From Pseudovirgaria hyperparasitica (Eukaryota), in the NCBI GenBank assembly GCA_010093815.1, contig ML996566.1: 64,000 nucleotides of DNA; one strand, written 5' to 3'. Positions within the stretch are counted from its first letter, which is position 1; each line of letters begins with the position of its first letter. The notes beneath the pieces were generated by a model. That model had not been told where the DNA came from. It was given only the letters and a program-made list of their open reading frames with translations, and did no database searches. This document shows positions 37,441-51,049 of this stretch, piece after piece. Both the position numbers and the translations under genes were made by a program.

Positions 37441-39481
37441 ATGTCTGTTGCTCCTCGTCCCGCGTTCGCAGAGGTGGTGAGAGTAAGCGAGAGATTAAAG
37501 ACTCCGCACCTCGACTCAAATGGTAATACTGTTCAGCCTGATACTCCAAATGGCGGACTATCCTACCACTTGTGTGATGCCCCCGTTGAGAACTTCAGAC
37601 CAGTCAAGGTCCTTGTGATAGGAGCTGGCTACTCAGGAATTTTGTGTGGAATAAGGATTCCCGAGAGGATCCGCAATGTCGATGTGGCAATCTATGATAA
37701 GAATAGCGGTATCGGTGGTGCGTGGTACGAGAACAGGTGCGACGTATCCCAAGAATGACGTCGTAGCATAGCTCATTTTACGCCAGATATCCCGGATGTG
37801 CGTGCGATGTACCTTGTATGATCACACTCTCCTTTACGAGCAGCGCATACTGATGAGGTAACAGCACACTCGTACCAATACTCATTCGAGCCAAACCCAG
37901 AGTGGACCTCGTTATACGCGCCGGCCAACGAGATACGGCAGTACCTTACGCGCACTGCTAAGAAATACGGTGTAGATCGATTTATCAAGTTGAATCACAA
38001 AGTCACGAGATGCCGATACAATGGCGACACTGGAAAGTGGCACCTCACCATTGTCAATTTACTTTCGGGTCAGATCTCTGAAGATGTAGGAGACATCTTA
38101 ATAAGTGGAAGAGGCAACCTGAATAGTATATCTTGGCCCAAGATCAAGGGCCTAGAGACTTTCAAAGGCGAATTAATGCATTCCGCTAGTTGGAACGTAA
38201 AGTACGTGGTCAAAAAAAATCAAGCTTTTTTTGTGCTTATTGACAAGTACTATAGCTACGATTTTACAGCGAAGCGGATAGGAGTCATCGGATCTGGCAG
38301 TTCCGCAATTCAAATCATTCCTCAGTTGCAAAAAGTGCCCGGCGCTCGTCTATCATGCTTCATTCGAAGTCCCACGTGGATTAGTCCTCCATTCGGACAG
38401 CAGCTTTGGGACACACTGGGCATGAAAGGAACTGAAAGTGAGCATAATGCCATGAACGCAAACTAGATCAAACCCTGATATCAAAGCAGTACCTGAAGAA
38501 CTCCGAGAAACTCTCAAGATGGATCCTGCCGAATATCTCAAGTTTCGCCTACGTATTGAAGAGTACGGCAACTCAATCCACGGATCTACGTTTAGAGGTT
38601 CTCCACAGCAGACGGCATCGCAAGCAGATTTCGAGGCCTATATGAAGTCTAAGCTTGCTGATAGACCAGATATATTAAACACTCTACGTCCGTCCTTTTC
38701 ACCGGGCTGTCGCCGCCTAACCCCCGGTCCAGGGTTTTTGGAAGCACTAACCGAACCCAATGTTCAGGTCATCAAGGACGAGATTCGTGAGATTGAATTC
38801 AACGGTATCCGTACCGCAGACGGCACTTTGCATCGCATGGACGCCTTAGTGTGTGCCACGGGCTTCGACACCGGAGCTGCGCCACCGTTCCCGGTTGAAG
38901 GTGAAGGAGGCACACTTCTGCAAGCAAAATGGAAAGATCGGCCGACAAACTACCTCTCTGTCGCTGTGGATGAGTTCCCAAACCATTTCATGATGCTTGG
39001 TCCGAACGCTGCTATTGGCTCTGGATCTTTGACTATGATGATTGAAGGAGCGAATGATTACATTGTCAAATGCATCCGTAAGATCCAGAAAGAAAATATA
39101 AAGTCTATGGTGGTAAAGGCGGCACGAGTCCGCGACTTTACTGCGTACGTTGATGCGTATTTCGAGAAGACGGTCTACACAGAGGAATGCCGCAGTTGGT
39201 ACAAGAAGAATGGCAAAGTGGTGGGCCTATGGCCTGGAAGTACGTTGCACTGCCTTGAGTCATTACGATCTCCACGCTGGGAGGATTTCGAGTACGAGTA
39301 CATTGGAGAGTCTCGCGGCGTAGAGGTCAATAGGATGGCGTGGCTGGGAAATGGATGGAGTGAAAGGCAGCTGGAGAAGAAAGATCTCGCGTGGTATCTA
39401 TATCCCGAGTTTCAGGAAGTGCCAGCTCCTGGAAAGCCAGAGGAGTCAGAGAGGTATAGGATACGCCCGTTCTCGCATTGA
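37441..39481 (+). CDS. Flavin-binding monooxygenase (Baeyer-Villiger type), multi-exon
   Basis: GAGYSG Rossmann; GGAWYENR|YPGCACD; BVMO fingerprint FKGELMHSASW; GSGSSAIQ; GCRRLTPG; VCATGFD. Confidence 0.92.
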
Positions 39482-39717
39482 TAATCAAGAGAGCCAATTA
39501 TACAGGCTCTCGAGAGTTTGATAGAATGGATCAGGAACTCGTTGTCATACTCTGTCCTAATTAGTGGCTGGTAGACCGGCCACCGACTTCGGCAAGGTCG
39601 GCTTTTGAACTGACGCCATTGAATGGTGGGGCCGGCAGCTTCACCTGCATTGAAGATGAAGCTTGAATAATCACACACAATCTTCTGGTCCCCCGCAATG
39701 GTTCTGGCCTGAAGATC

Positions 39718-41292
39718 ATGATTGTTACCTCCAATTGTTGTTTACGACGTACTTTCTTCGCCCTTACTACCAACTGTCCTCCTCGATCGCTGGCGAAACA
39801 GCAGACGCTCTCCATCCGACGGCGAGCGCTTTCGTGTAGTATGACTCGATCGGATCCATTCAAGCCCGCAGCGCGCGTTGCTGGTCAGCGACAAGATGTT
39901 TGGTGAGACAATTATTATCTCCCGCTAGCCTAGAGACTCATGTTTTCCTCCTCGCAGGACTATTGTAAACGAGGCGGCGGCGGCGGCACCTGAACACCTT
40001 CAGCCTGTCGTGAACATGGGGCAGGGCTTCTTTGGCTACAACCCACCAGACTTCGTCCTTGATGCGGCGAAATCTGCTCTAGATAGAGTCGAATGTAATC
40101 AATACTCGCCCACAAAAGGCCGACCCAGGTTAAAGAAAGCGCTTGCCGATGCATACTCGCCTTTTTATGGAAGGAAGCTTGATCCCGAGAAAGAAATCAC
40201 AATCACAACAGGAGCCAATGAAGGTACACTAGATAATTATATACCGAGTACACCGGAGTGAACTAACACATGACCGAAGGAATGCTAAGTGCCTTCATGG
40301 CATTCATAGAAAAGGACGACGAGGTCATTGTTTTCGAGCCTTTCTTTGACCAATATGTCAGTAATATCGAAATGCCAGGAGGCAAGGTTGTCTATGTGCC
40401 TATGCACCCACCTCTACAGGGCGCAATGAAGACGACATCGGCTGCAGAGTGGTCGATAGATATGAAAGAGTTGGAGAGTGCGATTACCCCAAAGACGAGG
40501 ATGATAGTTTTGAACACGCCTCACAATCCTATCGGGAAAGTGTTTTCAAAGGCTGAACTGCAAGCTATCGGTGATCTCTGCGTGAAGCATCAGATCATCA
40601 TATTATCAGACGAAGTCTACGACACTTTATACTACGTCCCCTTCACCCGAATCGCGACACTGTCTCCAGAAATTGCGAAACTTACTATGACTGTTGGCTC
40701 AGGCGGAAAGAACTTCTACGCAACTGGCTGGCGCGTGGGCTGGCTTATCGGGCCAGAACATTTGATAAAATACGTTAGTGCTGCGCACACTCGGATTTGC
40801 TATAGCAGCGTCAGTCCGCTACAAGAAGCTACCGCAATTGGTTTCGAAGAGGCTGAGAAGCATGACTTTTGGAACAAGTCAAAGAAGGAGATGCAAGGCA
40901 AGATGAAGAAATTCAACACCATTTGGGATGAATTAGGACTTCCAGTAAGTGTCAGGTCCTGTCAGAACGCAATGGTATACGATCACTCACACCTGTCACA
41001 GTACTCTGATCCAGAGGGTGGATATTTCGTCCTGGTTAATATGGCCAAGGTTCAATTGCCCGAGGATTATGTGTTCCCGGATATCGTAGCTGACCGCCCG
41101 CGCGACTTCAAGTTATGCTGGTACCTCATCAAGGAGCTGGGCGTGGCTGCGATACCACCGACTGAGTTTTTCACCCCTGAGAATGCTCACATTGTCGAAG
41201 ACTGGTTGAGATTCGCTGTCTGCAAGAATGACGATATCCTAGAGTCAGCCCAAGATAGATTGAGGAAAGGTCTTAAACAGTATATCAAATAG
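39718..41292 (+). CDS. BNA3: Kynurenine-oxoglutarate aminotransferase (PLP class I/II)
   Basis: NMGQGFFGYNPP; TTGANEG; LNTPHNPIGKVF; SDEVYD; GSGGKNFYATGWRVGW (PLP Lys); LRFAVCK. Three introns. Confidence 0.9.
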
Positions 41293-41562
41293 AAGTTTGG
41301 AACTAATGCATAGCCTGGCACAACAGGCAGCAGTTAAATCCGCTGTCCCGACTATTGTGTTGCTATCATTATGTGTAGTGTCTGTTTGCATCATAGGTCA
41401 CGTTGTATTTACAGCACTAGGATGCGGATGAACCGTGTACATCAAACGACAAGAAGACCGCCCGGTACCCTATGCGATGCCAACCTCATGCAAAATGCAA
41501 TGCACCAATGCACCAGGTCCCCAAACCGAGCCAACGCCACGCATGCAGACATATTACAACCC

Positions 41563-42478
41563 TCACAATCCTAAGAATACAAGCATACCACCACCGCCGA
41601 AACTCGCTATAGCAATTCCGATTCCTAGCGTGGCCCACGTCCAGAGACTATTCTTTGCGTCCATGCCGATTTTGACTGCCGCACTGTCAGTCTGCTCCGG
41701 CAACGGCTCGACGCCTAACCCACCACTTCCGCCGCCGCCACCTGTCCCGCTCGCACCCGGCACCGCAGTCAGTTCCGCTTCGAAGTGCTCGGCTTCGAAC
41801 ACAATTTCCTCGCTGGCGAAGTAGGTCTCGGTGCCGAACTGCACGAGGCCGATGTAGGTTTCGTACGGAATCAGGCCGTATCGGGGGAGGGCGTGGATGA
41901 GCGGCGTAACGTCGCCGGTGAAGGACGTGACGATTGTGGGCGAGACCCAGGAGTATACGGTCTGGCCGTTCGAGTTTGAGCCGTTGTACAGCGTGCTGTG
42001 TATTGCCATGTCAGTTCAACACGGGAGTAACAAAGAGTGTAAGTCAGGAACAACGCACAAATCGACGCCTTCGAGGGTCATATCGAGGATGCCGTTCGCG
42101 TCGGCGGCGAAGCCGATGGGCTGGCTGGCATCGCCCAGACGCGCAAACCAGATCATGATCTCGTACATCTGCTGGCTGGGCTGGGCGCTGCGGTCGCGGT
42201 CGGCGTCGCAGAAGAGGTCCATGACGACGTTGGCCTGGGTGCCGATGCCGGCGAGGGCGTCGGCGTTGGGTTGGGTGTTTGGGTCTTTGCTGGCGCTGCT
42301 GTCGAGGCTGCGCGGGGCCATGCTCCATGCGAGGGAGACGCTGAGGGATTGTAGCTCGGAGATCTGGATGGGGAGGGTGTCGGATTCGTATTGGAGGCGT
42401 GGGTACGCGTGGACGCGTGGAGGCGCGGAGAGCCAGTGCCAGATGGCGGAGAAGGCTGGTGGTGAGGAATCGGGGACC
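41563..42478 (-). CDS. Glycoside hydrolase family 12-like protein with C-terminal hydrophobic (GPI/TM-like) tail; N-terminal exon not resolved; intron ~41994-42058
   Basis: VHAYP, ANVVMDLF, YEIMIWFARLGDASQPIG (nucleophile Glu), F|TLYNG, FTGDVTPL and VQFGTE (acid/base Glu), then a Gly linker and a hydrophobic terminus. Confidence 0.8.
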
Positions 42479-42752
42479 TTGTACAAGTCAGCTTTGCATA
42501 CGCATCCATAGTGACCGACTTTTCCGCCATTTTTCACACTACATGTTTATGATGAACAGTATTCATAGTACAATTGTTCGTGAGGCCGTATTGATATGCA
42601 TTAATTATTTCTCTCTATCTATAAGATACTATTTAATCTAAATTATTCCGCCGGCTGCTGTGAAAAGGGGAGGGGGGTATCCAGCTCAAAAGGCTTCCAA
42701 GTTATAAAAAAAAAGCAACAAAAGAAAACCAAAAAAAAAAAACCACCAAAGT

Positions 42753-45438
42753 TCAAATCTTGCCCGCCCACAGCAAGAACCGGTGAGCGAGGAAGAGATT
42801 GAAAGCAGTCAAGACGAGTAGCGGAATGGTATCATACCAGTGCAGCCTATGCCCCAGCGTCTGATACACGATACCAGCAACCGTCAATCCCACAATCGTC
42901 GTGTTCCACACCCACGCCACAATCCGCATCTCACGGAACTCATTGCTCTTGTGCACCTTGCTGTCGCCCGACGCCACCCACGTCAAGCCACGGCCGAGGA
43001 TACGCTTCTTGATCGCGGCGGCGTACGCGTACATCTGGATCTGCTGGATGAACTGCACGTTGAAGCCGTACTCGGCCTTGGCCCAGGCGCGGATGATGAT
43101 CAGGCCGTAGAGCACCGAGGGCACGGCAAAGGCCAAGTTGTAGTAGCGCACGTATTCGGGCCGGATCCAGATGAGGAGCATACCGGGGAGGGGCGCCATG
43201 AAGATGGAGAGGACGACGGCGGAGTAGTAGAGGAGACCGCAGAGGAAGCAGATCTTTTGCATGCGGTTGAGCGGCGATTTCCAGAATTCGGGGTTGGTTA
43301 CGAGGGTGGTTGAGCCCTGTGCGGATGGATGTTAGTGGACTGTTACATATTTGGATCGGAAAGAAGTGTGCTGGGAGAACGTACCATGGCCCATCTCATC
43401 TGCTGGCTGAAGTACGCGCGCGGTGTATCAGGACAGACACCACAAGCCAGACAAAGCGGCAGATAGCGCAGCTTCCACCCACGACACATCGCATAGAAAC
43501 CCGTGTGCACATCCTCCGAGAACCCAATCTCAGCCGTTCCACCGACCTCGACAAGCGACTCACGGCGATAGATAGCATTGCTGCCTACACACACCGACGC
43601 ACCCCATTTATTCCGATTCGTCTGCACAACACGGTAGAACACCTCCTGAATCGCACCCGCACCCTGCTCAACCCACGACTGATCCGTCGTGGTGCGGAAA
43701 AACTGCGGCGTCTGCACAATACACGTATCCGGGTTGGCGAGATGCTCCGGCATAATCTCGAGCAGGAAGTCCGGACGAGGGCAGAAATCGGCGTCAAAGA
43801 TGGAGAAGAAGGGCGCTTCGGTGCGGGCAAAGGCGTAGCGGAGGTTACCTGCTTTCTTCAGGTGCGGGCGGTTGTCGCGGACGATGTAGTTGTAGCCGAA
43901 TTTTGTGGCGAGGGCCTTGACGTTGTCGTCGGCGCCGTCGTCGAGGACCCAGACTTTGATCTTGCCTTCGGGGTACTGCAGGGCGCTGACGTGGTTCCAG
44001 GTGTTTTCGAGGATGACCATGGGCTCCTTGCAGACGGGGAGGTAGATGTCGATGTCGGGGGCGGTGACGGGGTCGATGGGGTTCTCGGCCAGGATCTTGT
44101 TGTGCTCTTCCATGTTGAACTCGCCTCCACAGACTGAGGTCAGGTAGGAGACGATCATGTAGAGCTGGAGGAAAGCGACGAATGCACCAAACCAGTAGAA
44201 AGCAACCGATGAGAGGACGAACAGCCACATACCAGCAGAAAGACTGCAGAACGCCAACACACCGATTCCATGCAGACCGAGACGGTTTGTCTTGAGATAT
44301 AGGACTTTCTCGGCGTCGGTTGGTGCTGTGGGCAAGACGAGCGGCGGCGACTCCGTAGGGCAGTATACACGTCTATACCACGCCTTGAAGCGAGGCCAGT
44401 AGTTGCCCTTAGTCTGTGCCGGTGTAGCAACTTCATCTACCGTGACTGCTGCGCCGGCGGACGCACTCTCGGGGTCTTCAATATCGATGGGTCCCTCTTG
44501 TTGATGCGGAGTCGAGCCAGGCACAACTGGAGCAGGGCCTGCTGACGGAGCCACCAAGGCCTTCGGACGGGCGGTGTCTGCGAACCAGTCATGATGGTCG
44601 GACTCTGTGCTTGTTGCGGCGGCAGCAGCGGCAGCAGTTGCGTTCAGCTGGGAGGAAGAAATAGAGCGTCTTAATGAAGCGCGAGCCGCCTTGTCAGAGT
44701 TCTCATTGTTGGTATCGCTTGCGGTGATACTCCAGCGTCGACTGACTGGGCGGCCGACAAGAGCTTCATCCTGTCCTGGCACCTGGCTTTCGTCGACTGA
44801 GTCGGGGCGAGAGACGGCACGGCTGGATGTATTGACTGAGTTGTCGTCTGCGCTGGATTCGGTGGGCGTTGCGTTCTGGCCCGAAGCTCGCTTTATTTGG
44901 TCCAATCGTATGCGTACCAGGCGGGGGTCAGCGGGGAAGTAGCTGTTATTTTGAGTGACTGAGCCATCTAGCGGGGTGTTGATGTCCTATTCCTCAGATT
45001 AGCTTCATATCGCGGAAGGCATTCATGTTGTGAAGGTGAAGTTTGAGTATAGGTGAAGTGCTAAGAGGTGCGGTAGGCCACTACCATATGCGCAATGAAC
45101 TTCAGTACAGGAATCCAACTTACAGATTGGCTTTCATAGGCTGAAGAGCGAGATCCAGCTTGATCATGGGTAAGGTCCGGCGTTGCGTCGAAAGAGCGAA
45201 CACTGTTTGTGCCACTATCACCACTATTGCTGCGAGCCTCCTGAGGAACCTTGGGGACCTTGTTCTCACGTCCCCCCTTCAGAAGTGTTTGGACTCTAGC
45301 AGCCAGAGGGGCAGCAGTCTGTCCAATAGTCCCACTGTTATCCTCGATATTCTGCTTGCCGGGTTGAACAACATTGTCGCCAAGAGAAACTTGTTGGATC
45401 TCGTCAGCAACAGCTGAACTGTCGATTGGCGCGGGCAT
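42753..45438 (-). CDS. Processive GT2 glycosyltransferase, cellulose-synthase (BcsA/CelA)-like; introns ~44987-45123 and ~43316-43384
   Basis: DIYLPVCKEP, VLDDG, KKAGNL, FDADF, QTPQFF, SEDVHTG and QQMRW (D,D,D,QxxRW). TM helices on both sides and a long low-complexity N-terminus. Confidence 0.92.
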
Positions 45439-47185
45439 TGCCTTATTCTCCGTGACACGGGGGGGGCTACGAAAGACCCGAAGCGAGGAGATATTTCTGA
45501 AGTGAAGGCTTTGTTGTTCAATCGAAGAAACAACTAGAGCAATGCTGGGAAGAAAGAAAGTCCAACCAGCTAGACGACGGGGCGTGAGGGCGAGTCTAAT
45601 ATCCCGTGGGGCTGTTGTGGCTATCACGAATGGACAGAACTTTCCATGCACGCGCTTTTTGAACAGCCTGTCCCACGCCAGGCCAGGGCGGAAACGCCGC
45701 ACAATCTTCGAGGCCCCAAGTGAAGTCTAGCACCCAGGAGACCGCGATTCTCTCTCTCTAACACATACCTCCCCCAAAGGCTGGATCTGTCAGTATGCAT
45801 AAAACGCCACCATCCAGCAGGGATTGAGGCTACGGAATGAGAAAGCGTGCATGGTATGGGCAGCAAGCACATGTGCCGCATTGGGGACACCGGCGCGATG
45901 CGATCCACAACAACAATCCGACTTTGGGGAGGGAGACACATGCTGGCCTGGCTCAATTAGCTACCGAGACCGGGTGGTGGAAACAACAACACATGTCGAA
46001 ACAGGGGGCTGAAGCTTTTCTCACGGGGCTGCAGTACCGCTCAGTAGAAAAAAAAAATAAGTCATTGCCGATCTGGGTCGCGGGCGGTCCGCCGTGTTCG
46101 ATACCTTTTCGGTCCGATAATTAGTCTGGCGCCAACCACAGGCACCGAAGCGAGTTGCCGCCCTAGGGGGGTCCTCTGGCCCACCGCGGAACCAAATCTA
46201 GACCTGGGACTGCTGACTAGCAGCCTTTGCACGCACGACAAGCCTTCTGCCTCAGCTGGAGGTTTTGTGCGGATCGTGTTCATCACGGCTAACGCTGCGC
46301 ATATCTCTTGGCAATCACAACGCGGTTGGGAGACAAGCTCGCCCCAAGGTTCTTCGTCTGGCAAATCAATTTTCGTGGAGATGAAAGGGGAATGCCGCTG
46401 CCCAGAGATAAAACGTCAACAAGCAAAAGTCTGGCTCTGACAATCGTCTTGGCTTTGTCGATAGACCCTGCAGCATCGCCCTCTCGTACACCGCTCCAGC
46501 CCAGGGCCTCGACAACGAATTTTTTTGGAGCAAGAAAGTAGTCAGGCGGGATGCGTGTTTGTTTGACGTGTCACAACACCTCGACAACAACGTAGCCGGA
46601 GGAAGTGACTCAGCTACCGTGGTATTGGTCGGAGATTACTCTGAACCGTACGGGAGGAGAGTGGGAGAGTGGGCATGCTGTCGAACTTGTGGCGCTTAGG
46701 GGGTTATACTTGAGGAAGATAACCCCATCTTTCGGGCCGCGCTATGCCCGATAAAGCCAGCAGTCAATGGTTAAGAGACGGGTGTGTCCTGTATGATACC
46801 CCACCTAGCTCACGTAGAAACAGTCATGACCGGGCGTACCCACAGGGCCACGAACCTTAAACGGACCATGGACAGTTCACTCACCACAAAGGGGGCGTGT
46901 CTATCACGATTAATCGAGTGAACTATCTGAGAATCTGCAAACGCAATAAAAGTCATAGGAATTGATTCGCTCTCTATACAACAGTCCATAAAGAACGGCA
47001 CGCCAAAGGGTACCATTAGTCCTCCTAGTTAGTCTAATACGTGCGCTATGGTATAATCAATCAATCAACCCCTAATATCGCTCAATACTCTTCTTCACCC
47101 AGGTGTCCACCCAATACTCTGCCCACCGCGCGCTCTAGCAATTAAGGCAGAAAAACAAAACAAAACAAACCCCCCAAAAAATGAT

Positions 47186-49124
47186 CTACCGCCGCCGTTC
47201 TCGTGTCCCCATACACCCAACACTCTCCACCCTAAACCCCAGCCCTTCAAGAGGCCCCGTCTCCACCACCCCCCTAGCGTCGAACACCCAGCGCGGTAGT
47301 TCCATAGCAGGCGCGATCTTCTCCCACTGAACCTGCGCCGTGGAAGCATGCTTTGCCGCGCCAGTCTGCTGTCCTCGCGCACACTCGCCGCACCCAGCAT
47401 CACACTCGGGCTCCACCGCAAACGCCTGCGGCATCTGCTTCGCGGCCCAGCGCTTCGCGGGCGTGAGCTGGCTCTGGATATGTGCGAAGCGTGACAGCGC
47501 GTCCTGCAGCTTTGCGGATCCGGCCTCGACGTTGAGACTGGCTTCGGGCAGGGGAGGATAGCGGAATTGATCCCACTCGGTGAGGATGAGGACGGCGGAC
47601 GTGCCCTCGCAGGCCTCGTAGGGGTCTGCGTATGCGCGGATGGCGGTGCAGGAGGGTAGGTAGGCGCGCATTTCGGACTCGATGTCTGCGGGGGCGCAGC
47701 CGGGGTCGTAGATAGAGATTTCGGTGGGGCCTTCGGCGGCGAGTTGCTGGATGACGGGGATGGCGAGGGATTCGCGGGTGTCGCCGGTGTTCTTCTTGAA
47801 AGCGTAGCCGAAGACGGTGACGCGTTTGCCGAAGAGGGAGCCGTTGAGGGAGTGCATGACGCGGTGGACGAAGCGGTTGCCTTGCCATTCGTTCATGGCC
47901 ACGACGCTCTTCCAGTAGGCGGCGACTTCGGGCAGGTCGAGCGATTCGGCGAGGTAGGAGAGGCTGAGGATGTCCTTCTTGAAGCAGGATCCGCCGAATC
48001 CGAGGCCGGATCCGAGGAATTTGGAGCCTATTCGCGGGTCTTGGCCGACTGCTTTGGAGATGTCTTTGATGTTTGCCCCTGTCTTCTCGCAGATGGCGCT
48101 GATGGAGTTGATGCTACTAATCCGCTGCGCAAGCATAGCGTTGGCAACCAGTTTCGCGAGTTCGGAAGACCAGGTATGGACATGTAGAATGGCTGATTCT
48201 GGCACCCAGCTGTAGACAGACGCCAGTCGCTTTGCTGCTGCAAGACCAGCGCTTGAAGTGCTCGAGCCGATAAGCACACGTGATGGATGTAGTAAATCTG
48301 AAATTGCCGTTCCTTCTGCCAAAAATTCAGGATTTGACAAGATCTCAAACGGTACGCCCGGTCGGTAAATGGATAACTGGCATATGTCAGCTCAACTGTG
48401 TTTCTGTTGTCAATGAACGGACGTACAATTTCTTGCAAAACTTCTGCCGTCCGACACGGCACTGTGCTTTTCTCCACAATGATCGATCCGGGCTTGGCTA
48501 CACGAGCAATAGAACGCATCACCGACTCGAAAATCGCAGTGTTGGTTGCGGATCCTGCGCCTATGCCGCGCATCTTCGTTGGTGTATTCACGCTCAGGAA
48601 CACAATATCTGCTTCCGCGATACTTTGGTCGCAGTCTGTAGAGAAGAACAGGTTTGGCGCGCGGCCTTGGATGGCATTTTGGCCGTGAGTATTGATACTT
48701 GACGTGCCGTCCCGGGCAACTCGCACAACATCGTACAGTCCAGGCTCGTGAATCGGAAGGTGCTTTGAATTCCACCTCCGGATCCTCGTGGCGTCTTTGT
48801 CGACTACTGTTACTTTGATGTTGGGATTTGCGAGAGCTACTACGGCTGCTGTAGGTCCGCCTGGAAACGTAATTTAGTATCAATCAGTAAGTATACAGAG
48901 AACGAGACTGCCTTACCAACATAGCCGGCTCCCACGAAGCATACTTTAGATACTTGATTCACTTCATTTTGACCAGCGGCCAAGGAGTCTTGATTTCTTG
49001 TGACTGTAGTCGAGGGTCCGTCACCATCAGACAGCGAGGAAACACTCGACGTCCGAGATAGAATGGGAGAAAAGAACGGCGAGGTATTCTGAGAATGCTC
49101 CGAAGGAGTAGAAACAGCCGACAT
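47186..49124 (-). CDS. UDP-glucose 6-dehydrogenase; two introns (~48862-48914, ~48378-48425)
   Basis: VGAGYVG|GPTA; LPIHEPGL; SVNTPTK; EKSTVPC; SNPEFLAEG; SSELAKLVANAMLAQRISSINS; GFGGSCFKKD (catalytic Cys); AFKKNTGDTRES. Confidence 0.95.
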
Positions 49125-50113
49125 GGTTGGTTGGTGCGAATCCAAAGAGCCTCGTCGCAACGACAGAGCGGATAACACTACGCTTTGAAGCGACGACACT
49201 GTTCTTCTGGTATCTGGACAAAAAAATCACTTTAAAGATGTATCGAACTGTGCATACAAAAAACGCTTGATCGAACCTCCGTCATTCTCTGTGCATAGTT
49301 TGGGACCCATCGCCCTTCATAAACTCCGCCCGCCGTTGGACGCGGCGGAAGGGCACTCTAGAAAGACGCCAGATTGAAAAGCCATCAAAACAGCCTACCG
49401 ACACATGCCGCCAAACACACAAAAACCCATAGGGACACACACACCAGCCAAGGCCAGGCGGAAGTTGCCAAAAACGCAGCTGCGTGTATGGCGTCACAAG
49501 CTGAAGTCTGGCGTTTTGAACAAAAAAGTCTGGGCCTTAGCGAAATGAATGAATGCCGAGCACTAGCCACCAATGCAAGATTGCTAAGTATCAAGTCTCC
49601 CCCCCCCCCTGATCCCAATCTGGACGATTCCGTTTTGGGCCGACGACTCGCTTAGAGATGCAGGCATGGATAAACTATGCAGATCCACGTGGGATGGCGC
49701 CTCGGAGTAAGTCCACTACCGAATGCGGACACGCCCACCACTGCGCGGCGCTGTATGGGCAGGGCTGCGATCAATTATCGCTCAACCATGAGAACCTGAC
49801 TGTACCTGACATGTGTCCGTCTTCATGCAGCTGCGTGGCGTGGCACATAACACTCCAACAACCCGCACGCACGCACTGCATGCACTGCATCTTAGTCATT
49901 CGCCGCATCGGGAGTACCGAAAAGTGCCAGGATCTGCTCTGCTCTGCTCTGATCTGACAACAAATGTGACAAGGCTGTTCGAACACGGAGGGTGGGTGGC
50001 TAGAACCCGCTCCTTTGGGTTCCCCCCAACAAGACCCGAAAGCGGGAGATCTGCGGCGATCTGACCTTGTCGCGCTCGTGTTGTGATATTGGCTTCGATG
50101 GGACACGGCAGGA

Positions 50114-50169
50114 CAAGCACGCAAGCACGCAAGCACGCAAGCACGCAAGCAAGCAATCAATCAATCAAT
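50114..50169. repeat. Compound microsatellite (CAAGCACG)4 followed by (CAAG)2 and (CAAT)4
   Basis: Read directly from the sequence. Confidence 0.9.
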
Positions 50170-50435
50170 TTCAAGATAATACATGTCTTTTTTATCTTCA
50201 GCTGAAAGAAGGGCCTCTCCTCCTCTGCGCTTTGCCGCACTATGTAGTGATGATCTATGTCACGGTCCAGGCGTCAACTCTGAACGTAGTAAGATCGCGA
50301 TAGGCGTGCACAAGCTCTTCGTTTGTGTTTCGGTCTGGAACGTGCATCACTGAACTCGTGACAAGGCAACGAGTCTTGGAATGTTTGGGGCATGGGGAAC
50401 TTTTCTCGTTGAAGTTGATAGAAGAGATGTTCTCG

Positions 50436-50491
50436 TGTCTGTCTGTCTGTCTGTCTATCTATCTGTCTATCTATCTATCTGTCCGTCTGTC
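50436..50491. repeat. Compound microsatellite (TGTC)n/(TATC)n
   Basis: Read directly from the sequence. Confidence 0.9.
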
Positions 50492-51049
50492 CACATGAGT
50501 CAGTAGCCAATGCCATGCATTGAATACATAATTGTCATGTCAAAAACCAAACTTACATCCATCTGGCCATGATTTTCCCGTCCAAGCTGCGATCAGCTGT
50601 GTGTAATTAATCGGCTTCTCAAGATCTCCGATTGCTGCATCACTGATTCCTGTTCCGTCGGTGACTTCAAAGTGTCGGGCGACATACCGGCCCGCTGGTA
50701 TGCCTCTACGGCTCTGATCCTACGGGTGGATACCAGACAGTGGGTCTAGATAGCACAGGACAGGTGTAATCACATCGACTAAGAATGTCACACTTCTCAG
50801 TGGTGCATAACTGGTCATAGATCTTATTGATTGGTACATGCTTCACGAAACCCGGCTGAGTGAAATCGTAGTACTGGAAAGCCTACTAACCCCAAGGTCC
50901 ACATCCCATTTAATTGATACTTATCATGCAAGGTTCGTCATAGCCTCTGCCGAACGATGTAGATCTGGACTCTAATCGGCGCTAGTAATCAGACAGAGAA
51001 GCGAGTGTCTATTTGATAAGCGTGAAAGATGCGTACAGTATAGATAGGC

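Noticed and set aside
43310..44137. 275-aa plus-strand ORF, and similar overlapping ORFs in GH12, UGDH and CobW
   Set aside because: High GC3 codon bias removes stops on the opposite strand and alternative frames.
50114..50491. Repeat arrays as CRISPR-like or telomeric repeats
   Set aside because: Simple microsatellites with no spacers and no TTAGGG arrays; eukaryotic context.
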